NCBI RefSeq assembly: GCF_900128735.1
Contig: NZ_LT667503.1
Span: 210,001-242,000, forward strand
Length of the DNA stretch: 32,000 bases
Direction of reading: 5' to 3'
Origin: Candidatus Saccharimonadota bacterium
GTDB lineage: Bacteria; Pseudomonadota; Gammaproteobacteria; Enterobacterales; Enterobacteriaceae
Shown here: positions 18,008 through 28,074 of the stretch, in pieces
Numbering within the stretch: position 1 is the first letter of the stretch
Layout: every line of letters starts with the position of its first letter
Notes under the pieces: generated by a model
Databases searched by the model: none
What the model was told of the DNA's origin: nothing
The model's input: the letters and a program-made list of their open reading frames with translations, nothing else
Translations under genes and position numbers: made by a program

Positions 18008-20074
18008 TTATAATTTTTTTAGCTTATTTAGAAAATTCCAAATCCATTGTAGTCGTTTATAATCATTTAAAAAAATTCGAGTGAAATATAGTTTTTTTTT
18101 ATACAATTTCCAAATTTTAGGATTGCTTATTATATTAAAGGATAGGTAATCAATGTCTATTGTATTTTTTTTAGAAAAAATTATATATCCAATGTTAGAT
18201 TTTGAGACAATTTTTTTTACCCCTAGATCATGAGCAATAATTCTAATTGAATGTAATAAGAATAAATTTTTTGCATATGTTGGTAATATACCAAATAAAA
18301 AACATAAATTAATTTTTATTTTTTTTAGTTCTTTTATATTTTTTGCATGTGTAATTTTTCTATAAAAAGATAGTCGAACATTAATGTTGGAAATATAACT
18401 TTCTGGTAATAACATTGACGCATTTAATTTAATTTTGATATCTTTGGAAGGATATATATTATTGATCTTTTTGTTTTTTTTAATATTTTTAATAGCATTG
18501 GATAGAATCTCTGTATATAAATGTAATCCAATACTATTAATATGTCCGCTCTGCACATTTCCAAAAATTTCTCCTACACCTCTCATATCATAATCATATT
18601 CAGATAACGTTAATCCAGACCCTAGCTTTTGTAAGGCATAAATAATTTCTAGTCTTTTTTTGGCATTAATTGTAATGTATTTAAAATTAGAAATAAAAAA
18701 CCAGGCGTAAGCCTGTTTTTTAGAGCGACCGACACGACCTCTTAATTGATGTAGTTGTGACAAACCAAATTTATCAGCATTCTCTACAATAATAGTGTTA
18801 ACATTACTAATATCTAAACCAGTATCGATAATGGTAGTACAAACGAGTACATGGTAACGTTTTATAAAAAAATCGCGCATAATGGTATTTAAATCTTTTC
18901 CAGACATTTTACCATGACTTATGCAAAATTTTGCTTCCGGAATAAAATCAGATAAAATTTTTATTTTTTCGTTTATTTTTTTAACTGAATTAAATAAATA
19001 ATATACTTGCCCATTGCGTTTAATTTCTTTTAAGATTATATCTCTTACTTTTTTAAGCTCATATGTTTCAAGAAAAGTTTTAACAGGTAAACGTTTTTGA
19101 ATAGGTTGAGATATAATTGATAAATCTCTTAATCCGAGTAAAGAAAAATGTAAAGTTCTTGGAATAGGAGTAGCTGTAAGAGTTAAAACATCTATGAATA
19201 AATAACGTTTTTTAATAATTTCTTTGTGAGAAACACCGAAACGATGTTCTTCATCAATAATTAATAATCCTAAATTTTTCCATTCTATTTGATTAGATAA
19301 TATTTTATGAGTTCCTATTAATAAATTTATATCACCGTTTTTTATTTTTTTTTTTATTTTTTCTTCCTTTTTTTTTATAGTTAAACGAGTTAAGAGTTTT
19401 ATTTTATATACATATTTTTTAAATCTATATTGAAAATTATAAAAATGTTGTTGAGCTAATAATGTAGTAGGAACTAAAATTGCCACTTGTTTTTTATTAT
19501 TTAAAGCTATAAATACCGCTCTCATGGCTATTTCTGTTTTTCCAAAACCCACATCACCACAAATTAATCGATCCATAGGATATGGTTTAGTCATATCTTT
19601 TAACACTTCTTGAATTGATCGATTTTGATCTTGAGTTAATGTAAATGGAAAATTATTACAAAAATTTTGATATTGATTTTTATCGATTAAAAAAGAAAAA
19701 CCAGGAGTAATTAAACGTTGAGAATATATTTCTAATAAATATACAGCGATATCATTTATTTTTTTTTCTATTTTTTTTTTATTTTTATTCCAACGGTCGT
19801 CGCTTAATGAATTTAATGGAATCTTTAAATCTTTTGAATTATGATATGGATTAACCAATGACAAAGAAGTAATTGGAACATAAAGTTTTTCATTATTTGC
19901 ATATATAATAATAATATATTCATTAATTATATTTTTGGTATTAAAAGTACAAAGACCTGCATAGCGACCAATTCCGTATTTTATATGCACTATTAATTGG
20001 TTGCGAATGAAGCAATCTTTTTCTTTTTTAAAATATGAGATCAATGTATTTTTTTTTTTTTTTATGATATTCAT
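18008..20074 (-). CDS. mfd: Transcription-repair coupling factor Mfd, N-terminally truncated form (RNAP-interaction domain plus translocase plus C-terminal domain only)
   Basis: LIVHIKYGIGRYAGL matches the E. coli Mfd VVHLEHGVGRYAGM region (RNAP-interacting domain). GDVGFGKTE is Walker A and IIDEEHRFGV is the DEEH box. LTLTATPIPRTL and QLHQLRGRVGRS are also present. The 688 aa compare with 1148 aa in E. coli. Confidence 0.9.
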   Translation of the reverse strand: MNIIKKKKNTLISYFKKEKDCFIRNQLIVHIKYGIGRYAGLCTFNTKNIINEYIIIIYANNEKLYVPITSLSLVNPYHNSKDLKIPLNSLSDDRWNKNKKKIEKKINDIAVYLLEIYSQRLITPGFSFLIDKNQYQNFCNNFPFTLTQDQNRSIQEVLKDMTKPYPMDRLICGDVGFGKTEIAMRAVFIALNNKKQVAILVPTTLLAQQHFYNFQYRFKKYVYKIKLLTRLTIKKKEEKIKKKIKNGDINLLIGTHKILSNQIEWKNLGLLIIDEEHRFGVSHKEIIKKRYLFIDVLTLTATPIPRTLHFSLLGLRDLSIISQPIQKRLPVKTFLETYELKKVRDIILKEIKRNGQVYYLFNSVKKINEKIKILSDFIPEAKFCISHGKMSGKDLNTIMRDFFIKRYHVLVCTTIIDTGLDISNVNTIIVENADKFGLSQLHQLRGRVGRSKKQAYAWFFISNFKYITINAKKRLEIIYALQKLGSGLTLSEYDYDMRGVGEIFGNVQSGHINSIGLHLYTEILSNAIKNIKKNKKINNIYPSKDIKIKLNASMLLPESYISNINVRLSFYRKITHAKNIKELKKIKINLCFLFGILPTYAKNLFLLHSIRIIAHDLGVKKIVSKSNIGYIIFSKKNTIDIDYLSFNIISNPKIWKLYKKKLYFTRIFLNDYKRLQWIWNFLNKLKKL

Positions 20075-20513
20075 TTTAAATATATCTTTTTATAAAATGT
20101 TATATATAACTAAACATTAGTCGTATTAACTTTACTATTTCTTTAATTATTATTTTTTTTATTTTTTTTATACATTATGAAAAAAATTATGTTTTTTAAA
20201 AAAAAATAATAATAATTAGTATTATTTTTTAATACAAGATAGGTTATCTATTTTTCATTATTGATTTTAAAATATAAATAAATCTTTATAAAATTAAATA
20301 TATCCCTGATAAAAATATTTTATATATATATTTTTTAAAATAAGTAATAATATGAATAATCTTTAATATATTTTAAAAAATATTATATCATAATATAAAT
20401 TCTAATATGAAAAGAAATAAATATATTCTCTAATTATTATTAAAAAAAAATAGCTTAATAAGAAAGGATAGAGTATGATATTTAAATTTAATTAATACAT
20501 TTTAGGTAATTAT

Positions 20514-21512
20514 ATGACGATTAAAATAGCTATAAATGGATTTGGTCGGATTGGAAGAATGGTTTTTCGATTATCAGAAAAAAGATCTGATATTCAAGTA
20601 GTAGCAATTAATGATTTATTAACCGTTGATTATATAGCATATATGTTAAAACATGATTCTACACATGGTTTATTTCCAGGAAAAATTCAGGTCTCTAATA
20701 ATATTTTAATAGTTAATAATCATCATATCCATATATTTTCAGAAAAACAACCAAAAAATATAAATTGGAAAACATTACATGTTGATGTTGTGGTAGAATC
20801 TACCGGAATGTTTTTAACGGAAGAATCCGCTTTGGAACATATTTACGCTGGAACAAAAAAAGTTGTTTTAACTGGTCCTGTAAAAGATAATACCCCTATG
20901 TTTGTAAAGGGTGTAAATTTTAGTCAATATAGCGGTCAAAAAATTGTATCTAATGCTTCTTGTACCACAAATTGCTTAGCTCCATTGGTTAAAATAATTA
21001 ATGATGAATTTGGTATTATTGAAGGTCTAATGACTACTGTTCATGCAACTACTGCAACTCAAAAAACTGTTGATGGTGTATCTATAAGAGATTGGAGGGG
21101 TGGTCGAGGTGCATTACAAAATATTATTCCTGCTACTACTGGAGCAGCTCAAGCAGTTGGGAAGATATTACCAGAATTACAGGGTAAAATTACCGGTATA
21201 GCTTTTCGAGTGCCTGTAGCTAATGTTTCTGTGGTAGATTTTACAGTTAAATTAAAAAAAAATATCTCATATAAAACAGTATGTGAAGCAATAAAAATAG
21301 CATCCGAGACGTATATGAAAAATGTTGTAGGATATATTAATGAAGAAGTAGTCTCCAGTGATTTTAATGGATCAGAGTTAACTTCAATATTTGATGTAAA
21401 AGCTGGATTAGCTTTAAATAATAATTTTATGAAATTAATCGCATGGTATGATAATGAAATTGGATATTCTAGTAAAGTATTAGATTTAGTAGAATGGATA
21501 ATGCATTCTTAA
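20514..21512 (+). CDS. gapA: Glyceraldehyde-3-phosphate dehydrogenase A
   Basis: [15 protein letters not shown], the active site [12 protein letters not shown] and WYDNEIGYS are present. The 332-aa protein is colinear with E. coli GapA. Confidence 0.95.
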   Translation: MTIKIAINGFGRIGRMVFRLSEKRSDIQVVAINDLLTVDYIAYMLKHDSTHGLFPGKIQVSNNILIVNNHHIHIFSEKQPKNINWKTLHVDVVVESTGMFLTEESALEHIYAGTKKVVLTGPVKDNTPMFVKGVNFSQYSGQKIVSNASCTTNCLAPLVKIINDEFGIIEGLMTTVHATTATQKTVDGVSIRDWRGGRGALQNIIPATTGAAQAVGKILPELQGKITGIAFRVPVANVSVVDFTVKLKKNISYKTVCEAIKIASETYMKNVVGYINEEVVSSDFNGSELTSIFDVKAGLALNNNFMKLIAWYDNEIGYSSKVLDLVEWIMHS

Positions 21513-21572
21513 TAGTTATTGATTGTATTTGTATTTTAAGATATATATAATTATTGTTTAAATAATTTTGAC

Positions 21573-21604
21573 TGACAGTATGCGACTTTTTGTTGATACT
21601 GTCA
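21573..21604. terminator. Hairpin between convergent gapA and fldA; a weak terminator candidate
   Basis: tgacagtat (21573-21581) pairs with atactgtca (21596-21604) as a perfect 9-bp stem with a 14-nt loop. An A/T-rich flank follows on both strands. Confidence 0.35.
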
Positions 21605-21674
21605 TATAAAATATTTTTTAAATATAATATTAAATTGATAATATATATTTTGAAAAATTTAATTAATATTCAAC

Positions 21675-22208
21675 TTATTTTGTATTTCTTTTATTTTTTA
21701 AATAAATTTCTGATAAAATTAATTTTACCCACTTTGAAACTCGTTGATTGGTTAAATTAGATTGTCTGTCTTCGTCAATCGGAAGTCCAAAAAAATGTGT
21801 TTTGTTAGCTTGTGCTTTAGAAGATTCAAAAAAATAGCCATGAACAGGCCATTTTCCAACAAAATTTACATTTTTTTTTCTAAAAAAATTATAAATAATT
21901 CCAATAGAATCACAAAAATATTCAGAATAATCTTCTTGATCACCGCAACCAAATAATCCTATTGTTTTATTAGTAAAATTCATATTTTTTAAGAGAGGTA
22001 ATGATTCAGACCAGTCACATTGTAATTCTCCATAATACCATGTTGGTATTCCGAGTAATAAAATTTTAAAATCTTCCATTTTTTTTATTGAAACACAAGA
22101 TATATCAAAAATATTTGATTGATCTTTTCCAATTTTTTTTTGTATTAATTTAGATATTTTTTCCGTATTCCCGGTATCACTTCCATAAAAAATTCCAATT
22201 TTTTTCAT
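21675..22208 (-). CDS. fldA: Flavodoxin 1 (long-chain)
   Basis: [13 protein letters not shown] is the FMN phosphate loop. [17 protein letters not shown] and [16 protein letters not shown] are colinear with E. coli FldA. The length is 177 aa. Confidence 0.9.
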   Translation of the reverse strand: MKKIGIFYGSDTGNTEKISKLIQKKIGKDQSNIFDISCVSIKKMEDFKILLLGIPTWYYGELQCDWSESLPLLKNMNFTNKTIGLFGCGDQEDYSEYFCDSIGIIYNFFRKKNVNFVGKWPVHGYFFESSKAQANKTHFFGLPIDEDRQSNLTNQRVSKWVKLILSEIYLKNKRNTK

Positions 22209-22845
22209 GCTTTTTAACCTTATAGATATTATAAATATTTCTTATATAATGAATAAAAATTGATTTTATAATTTTTTTGAATAATTGACATTAAAATTAT
22301 TTTAATATCATAAAAAACTAATTTATATATGTATAATAAATATTTTTTTTATGATAACATATGAAAATTTAAAAAATTCCTCTTTCTTTTTATTTTTATC
22401 TCGCTTAAAAATTTTTATATTGCTTTTGATATATAATTAATTCCCATTCTATCATATTTTACTATTGTACTATGATTATCAGTACTTGTTTATTTTTTAT
22501 TTATATTTTTTGAAAAAAAATATGATATTATTATTTATATGAATAATGAAAAATTATTTAATCATCTTCATAAATTTTTTTATCAAAATTTATACAAAAA
22601 TATTAATTTATATTTCTTTAGAATTTAAAAAAAAGATCAACAATTTAATTGCCATACATATCTATTGTGTTCAATGTCACTAAATCTGCTTATATGAATT
22701 GAAATTTTGAAATAGATCCTATGATCTAAAAATTATATTTTATTTAGTTAAAATATTTATTTTTTTTAAAAAAATATTTTTCTCATAAAATTTAAATGTT
22801 TTTTATTATTTTTTTTTTAAAAAAAATTTATAAAGGTTGTATAAA

Positions 22846-23595
22846 ATGAATAATTTATTACTTGAAAAAATTATTAATAAAAAATTAAAAAATAAATATA
22901 ATATAAAAGATTATGCGCCCAATGGTCTGCAAGTAGAGGGTTGCGCAGAAGTTTATAATATAGTTACTGGAGTAACTGCTTGCCAAAAATTATTAAAAAA
23001 ATCTTTAGAATATAAAGCGCATGCAATCATAGTACATCATGGATATTTTTGGAAAAATGAAACTCCTAACATTATAGGTATGAAAAGAAATCGATTAAAA
23101 ATTCTTTTAGAGAATAATATTAATTTATATAGTTGGCACTTACCTTTAGATTTACATCCCAATATTGGAAATAATATTCTTTTAGGAAAATCTTTAAATA
23201 TTTCTGTACAAGGTCATATTACTCCATTAGTTTTATGGGGATGTTTTAAAAAAAAAATTTCAGCAAGAAATTTATTTTCTAAAATCAAAAAAATATTTAA
23301 TAGAACTCCTTTTTATTATGGTAATAAAAAATTAAAAGATATAACTCGAGTTGCTTGGTGTACTGGTCGCGGCCAAAATTTTATAAAAGAAGCTATAAAA
23401 TTTAATATTGACACTTATATCACAGGAGAAGTATCCGAAGAAACTATTCATATTGCAGAAGAAAATAATATTCATTTCTTTTCTTTAGGTCATCATGCTA
23501 CTGAAAAGTCTGGTATATATACATTGGGTCAGTGGTTGTCTCAAAAATATCGTAATTTAAATGTTAATTTTATTGATATTAATAATCCTATTTAG
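22846..23595 (+). CDS. ybgI: NIF3-family metal-binding protein YbgI (GTP cyclohydrolase 1 type 2 homologue)
   Basis: DYAPNGLQVEG, IVHHGYFWK, GMKRNRLK, LYSWHLPLDLHP, ITGEVSE and GHHATE are colinear with E. coli YbgI. I chose the ATG at 22846 (AAAGG lies 9 nt upstream) rather than the TTG at 22837. Confidence 0.85.
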   Translation: MNNLLLEKIINKKLKNKYNIKDYAPNGLQVEGCAEVYNIVTGVTACQKLLKKSLEYKAHAIIVHHGYFWKNETPNIIGMKRNRLKILLENNINLYSWHLPLDLHPNIGNNILLGKSLNISVQGHITPLVLWGCFKKKISARNLFSKIKKIFNRTPFYYGNKKLKDITRVAWCTGRGQNFIKEAIKFNIDTYITGEVSEETIHIAEENNIHFFSLGHHATEKSGIYTLGQWLSQKYRNLNVNFIDINNPI

Positions 23596-23707
23596 TTTTT
23601 TAAATGCTTTAATTCTAGAATATTGATATAAGATAAAAAAAAATACTTCAAGAAAATAATAATATTTAATTAACTTTTCTAATTTAATATATCAGTGTGA
23701 CTTATGT

Positions 23708-26533
23708 ATGAAAAATAAACAAAAAAAATCTTTTTTATTAAAAAACAGTTGGTTATATAGTGAAAATAAAGTTTTTATAAATAAAATCTATAAAAATTTT
23801 TTAAAAAATCCAAAAAAAATCGATGACGCATGGAAAAAAAAATTTAGAAAAATTGAAAAACTAAACACTATTATGAATAATAAAAATATTCCTTCTGAAA
23901 ATGTTTTACAAAAGGAAGAAAAAAGAAATAATAGTAATCTTCACAAAAAGAAATGGAATACTTGTGCTCTCTCTATAGATGAAAAATTTTATAATTTAAT
24001 ATGTGCATTTAGAAAATTAGGTCATTATTTTGCGGATCTTGATCCGCTAAATCTCGTGGAAAAAAAAAATGTTAAAGAGTTATCTTTATTATATTATAAT
24101 ATAACAAAAGATGATTTAAATCAGTCCATTAATATTTTTTTATTTCCCAATACAAAAAAATTAAAATCGTATCATGAATTATATAATTTTTTATGTCAAA
24201 CATATTGCGGTTCTATAGGATTTGAATATACTCATCTGAATAATATGAATGAAATACAATGGTTACAAAAATATATTGAAAAAAAATTTTATATTTATAG
24301 CGCCACAGATAAAATAAAAAAAAATATCCTAAAAGGATTAATAAAATCTGAAACATTTGAAAATTTTATTCATACTAAATTCCCGGGAAGCAAAAGGTTT
24401 TCTTTAGAAGGCTGTGATATTTTAATACCTATATTACAAAATATTATTCAATACGGATTAAATCATTCTTCTAAAAAAATAGTTTTAGGTATGGCACATC
24501 GTGGAAGATTAAACGTAATGTATAATATTTTTAAAAAAAATATTCCTAAAATGTATCAAAATAATACAAAAAAAAAGCAAAAATCTTTTTGTACTGGTGA
24601 CGTTAAATATCATATGGGCGCTAATATCACTATTCAAAAAAAATCAAAAAATATTGATTTGATCTTATTAGATAATCCATCTCATTTAGAAATTATAACT
24701 CCAGTAGTCCTAGGATTTTGTAAATCATTTTTAGAATCTTTAAAAATAAATAACTCTTTATCAAATCATGTGATTCCTATTATTGTTCATGGAGACGCTG
24801 CCTTTGCAGGACAAGGTATTATACAAGAAACTTTAAATATGTCACAGGTCCCAGGGTATTGTGTTTTTGGAAGCATACATATTATCATAAATAATCAAAT
24901 TGGATTTACGACCTCTAAAAAAAAATATTTACAGTCTAATATATATTGTACTGATATTGCGAAAATGCTTGATTCTCCAATATTTCATGTTAATGCTGAT
25001 CATCCTGAATCTGTAATTTTTATTATTCAATTGGCTTTAAAATTTCGATTTTTATTTAAAAAAGATGTATTTATAGATTTAGTTTGCTATAGAAGATTAG
25101 GTCATAATGAAGTTGATGATCCTAGAATTACACAGCCGCTTATGTATAATAAAATAAAAAACCATGAGAAAATATATAATATTTACTTAAAAAAATTAAA
25201 TAAAATAAGTGATAAGTATATTAAAATTTCTCAAAATTATTTTAAATTATATCAAATTAATTTAAGTAATCATTTAAAAGAAAAAAAAAATAAAAAAAAT
25301 AAAATAAATTCATTTTATATAGATGAGTTAGAAAAAAAAAGCCTCCTAAAAAATAAAATAAAAAATTTTTCATTTACTTATTTAATTAAAAAAATGCATA
25401 AAACTTTAATTATACCGCAGAATTTTTCACTACACTACCAGGTCAAAAAAATATGGGATAATCGTTTAAACATGATAACAAATCAGCAATCATGGGATTG
25501 GGGCGCCGCAGAAATGTTGGCATATACTGCATTAATTTTAAAGGGTGTAAAATGTCGATTATCTGGAGAAGACGTTAGAAGAGGTACTTTTTCTCATCGA
25601 CATGCGGCTATTTATTGTCAAAAAACAGGTAGGATACACATTCCATTAAACAATATTAAATCTATTAAAAATAATTTTTTTATTTGGGATTCTGTATTAT
25701 CTGAAGCGGCTACTTTAGCATTTGAATACGGTTATTCAATTACAGACAACTTTTCTCTGAATATTTGGGAGGCACAATTTGGAGATTTTATAAATGGCGC
25801 ACAAATAATAATTGATCAATTTATTATATCGGGTCAGCAAAAATGGGGTCATAATTCTTCTTTAGTATTAATGTTACCTCATGGCTATGAAGGACAAGGT
25901 CCTGAGCATTCATCTGCAAGAATTGAAAGGTTTTTACAACTCTGTGCTCAAAAAAATATACGTTTATGTGTACCTACAACGCCAGCTCAAATGTATCATT
26001 TGATACAAAATCAAGGCACATTAAAAATTAAAAAACCTTTAATTATTTTTACTCCTAAATCATTATTACGAAATTCTGAAACATTTTCTACATTTACAGA
26101 AATATCAACTGGTATTTTTAAAAAAATATTATTACATAATAAACAGATAATTTTTAATAAAATCCAAAAAATAATTTTTTGTTCGGGAAAAATTTACTAT
26201 GATTTATTAGAATATCATCAGAGAAAAAATTTAAATAATATCTTAATTATTCGTTTAGAACAATTATATCCTTTTCCTATTAAAGAAATCGCAAAAATTT
26301 TACATCAACTTTTTTTTATAAAAACATGTATTTGGTGTCAGGAAGAACCTAAAAATCAAGGGTCATGGATCTTTTTTTATTTGAATTATCAAAAATATAT
26401 TTCTGATATTTTTAAAAAGATCCCGTTGCAATATATTGGTCGACCAAAATGGGCATCTACTGCTGAAGGTAATTTTTATTTACATAAAAAAGAACAATAT
26501 AACATCATCAATAAAGCTTTTACATGTTTTTAA
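23708..26533 (+). CDS. sucA: 2-oxoglutarate dehydrogenase E1 component
   Basis: The 941 aa compare with 933 aa in E. coli. FPGSKRFSLEG, LGMAHRGRLNV, GDVKYHMG, HGDAAFAGQG, NNQIGFTTS, CYRRLGHNE, WEAQFGDF, LPHGYEGQGPEHSSARIERFLQ and WCQEEPKNQG are present. Confidence 0.95.
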   Translation: MKNKQKKSFLLKNSWLYSENKVFINKIYKNFLKNPKKIDDAWKKKFRKIEKLNTIMNNKNIPSENVLQKEEKRNNSNLHKKKWNTCALSIDEKFYNLICAFRKLGHYFADLDPLNLVEKKNVKELSLLYYNITKDDLNQSINIFLFPNTKKLKSYHELYNFLCQTYCGSIGFEYTHLNNMNEIQWLQKYIEKKFYIYSATDKIKKNILKGLIKSETFENFIHTKFPGSKRFSLEGCDILIPILQNIIQYGLNHSSKKIVLGMAHRGRLNVMYNIFKKNIPKMYQNNTKKKQKSFCTGDVKYHMGANITIQKKSKNIDLILLDNPSHLEIITPVVLGFCKSFLESLKINNSLSNHVIPIIVHGDAAFAGQGIIQETLNMSQVPGYCVFGSIHIIINNQIGFTTSKKKYLQSNIYCTDIAKMLDSPIFHVNADHPESVIFIIQLALKFRFLFKKDVFIDLVCYRRLGHNEVDDPRITQPLMYNKIKNHEKIYNIYLKKLNKISDKYIKISQNYFKLYQINLSNHLKEKKNKKNKINSFYIDELEKKSLLKNKIKNFSFTYLIKKMHKTLIIPQNFSLHYQVKKIWDNRLNMITNQQSWDWGAAEMLAYTALILKGVKCRLSGEDVRRGTFSHRHAAIYCQKTGRIHIPLNNIKSIKNNFFIWDSVLSEAATLAFEYGYSITDNFSLNIWEAQFGDFINGAQIIIDQFIISGQQKWGHNSSLVLMLPHGYEGQGPEHSSARIERFLQLCAQKNIRLCVPTTPAQMYHLIQNQGTLKIKKPLIIFTPKSLLRNSETFSTFTEISTGIFKKILLHNKQIIFNKIQKIIFCSGKIYYDLLEYHQRKNLNNILIIRLEQLYPFPIKEIAKILHQLFFIKTCIWCQEEPKNQGSWIFFYLNYQKYISDIFKKIPLQYIGRPKWASTAEGNFYLHKKEQYNIINKAFTCF

Positions 26534-26547
26534 TAGAGTGAAAAATC

Positions 26548-27750
26548 ATGAAAGATACTAAAGTATTTGCTCCAGAATTACCTGAATCTGTTAGTAGTGC
26601 AGTTTTTTTAAAGTGGCATAAAAAAATTGGAGATATTGTAAAAGAAGATGAATTAATTGCTGAAATTGAAACTGATAAGATTATTTTAGAAATTTCTTCA
26701 CCTATTTCAGGTATAATTACTGAGCAATTCTATCAAGCAGGTGATTCAATTAATACGCAAGATGTTTTAGCTTTTATCTCTCCTGAATTATATTCAAAAG
26801 AAAAAAAAGAGAAAAAAAATGATAAAAAACTTCTTGAAGATCAAAAGAAATATTTAAATTATTTTTCACCTATCACACGTAGAATGATATTAAATAAAAA
26901 AATAAATATTAACGCTATTAATGCAATAAATAAAAATAATCAATTAAATTCTAATTATTTCATAAAAAAAAATATATCACATTTATTAAAAAAAAATGAT
27001 AACGATTCTATAAAAAATTATACGCAAATAAAAAAAAATGAACTTGATAATCGATCTATAACTCGTATTGCAATGAATCCATTAAGAAAAAAAATATCTG
27101 AAAGATTATTATTTACAACTCGTAATACAGCGATGTTAACAACATTTAATGAAATAAATATGAGCGAGGTTATAAAAATAAGAAAAAAATACCAAGATAT
27201 TTTTTTTAAAAAATATGAAGTACGTTTAGGATATATGTCTTTTTTTATAAATGCAACAACGAAAGCATTAGAAAAATTTCCAGATATAAATGCATCTATT
27301 GATAATAATGATATTCTTTATCATAATTATTATGATATTAATATTGCTATATCCACAAAAAGAGGTTTAATAGCTCCAATACTATCAGATGTTAACTTCA
27401 TGGATATGTTTCAAATTGAAAAGAAAATTAAGTATTTTTCTGATTTAGGCTCAATAGGTAAACTTTCATTAAATGATTTACGGTCTGGAACATTTACTAT
27501 AACAAATGGGGGTGTTTTTGGATCCTTGATGTCTACGCCAATGATTAACCCTCCTCAAGCGGCAATTTTAGGAATGCACAGTATTAAAAAAAGACCGGTT
27601 GTAAAAAATAATAAAATAAAAATATTACCTATGATGTATATTGCATTATCATATGATCATCGATTAATTGACGGAAAAATAGCTATAAAATTTTTAAGTT
27701 ATATCAAAGATATTTTAGAAGATACGACTCGTATTATTTTAAAAATTTAA
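26548..27750 (+). CDS. sucB: Dihydrolipoyllysine-residue succinyltransferase, the E2 component of 2-oxoglutarate dehydrogenase
   Basis: The lipoyl domain has EIETDKIILEI (lipoyl-lysine). The catalytic domain has TAMLTTFNE, FTITNGGVFGS and LSYDHRLIDG. It starts 14 nt after the sucA stop. Confidence 0.95.
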   Translation: MKDTKVFAPELPESVSSAVFLKWHKKIGDIVKEDELIAEIETDKIILEISSPISGIITEQFYQAGDSINTQDVLAFISPELYSKEKKEKKNDKKLLEDQKKYLNYFSPITRRMILNKKININAINAINKNNQLNSNYFIKKNISHLLKKNDNDSIKNYTQIKKNELDNRSITRIAMNPLRKKISERLLFTTRNTAMLTTFNEINMSEVIKIRKKYQDIFFKKYEVRLGYMSFFINATTKALEKFPDINASIDNNDILYHNYYDINIAISTKRGLIAPILSDVNFMDMFQIEKKIKYFSDLGSIGKLSLNDLRSGTFTITNGGVFGSLMSTPMINPPQAAILGMHSIKKRPVVKNNKIKILPMMYIALSYDHRLIDGKIAIKFLSYIKDILEDTTRIILKI

Positions 27751-28074
27751 TGATTTTATATATATATTAAAAAAATATTTTTTATTTCATATTTTTTTTT
27801 TATTTTTTTGAATCTTGTTAAAATATTAACGTTCTTTTATATTAACAACATAAATAATGCGTATAATTATATTTTTATTTATTATGTGGAAAAATATTTT
27901 AATACATTAAACCATTTAAATAGATAAAATTGTAAAAAAGAAATAAAGTATAAGAATCATTTTTTCTTATATTAATTTATAAAAAATTAACAAAAAACTG
28001 AAAGAAATTTTTATAATTTTATAAAATTTAACTTTTTTTAAAGCCATCCAATTATATATAAAATAGGTTTATTT

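Noticed and set aside
21762-21956. A 64-aa plus-strand ORF
   Set aside because: It is antisense to fldA, which is confidently identified.
22351-22440. A 29-aa hydrophobic mini-ORF (MITYENLKNSSFFLFLSRLKIFILLLIYN) in the fldA-ybgI spacer, and a similar 30-codon ORF at about 22539-22628
   Set aside because: There is no SD sequence, and the composition is what random AT-rich sequence encodes (Phe/Leu/Ile/Asn/Lys). There is no support beyond being open.
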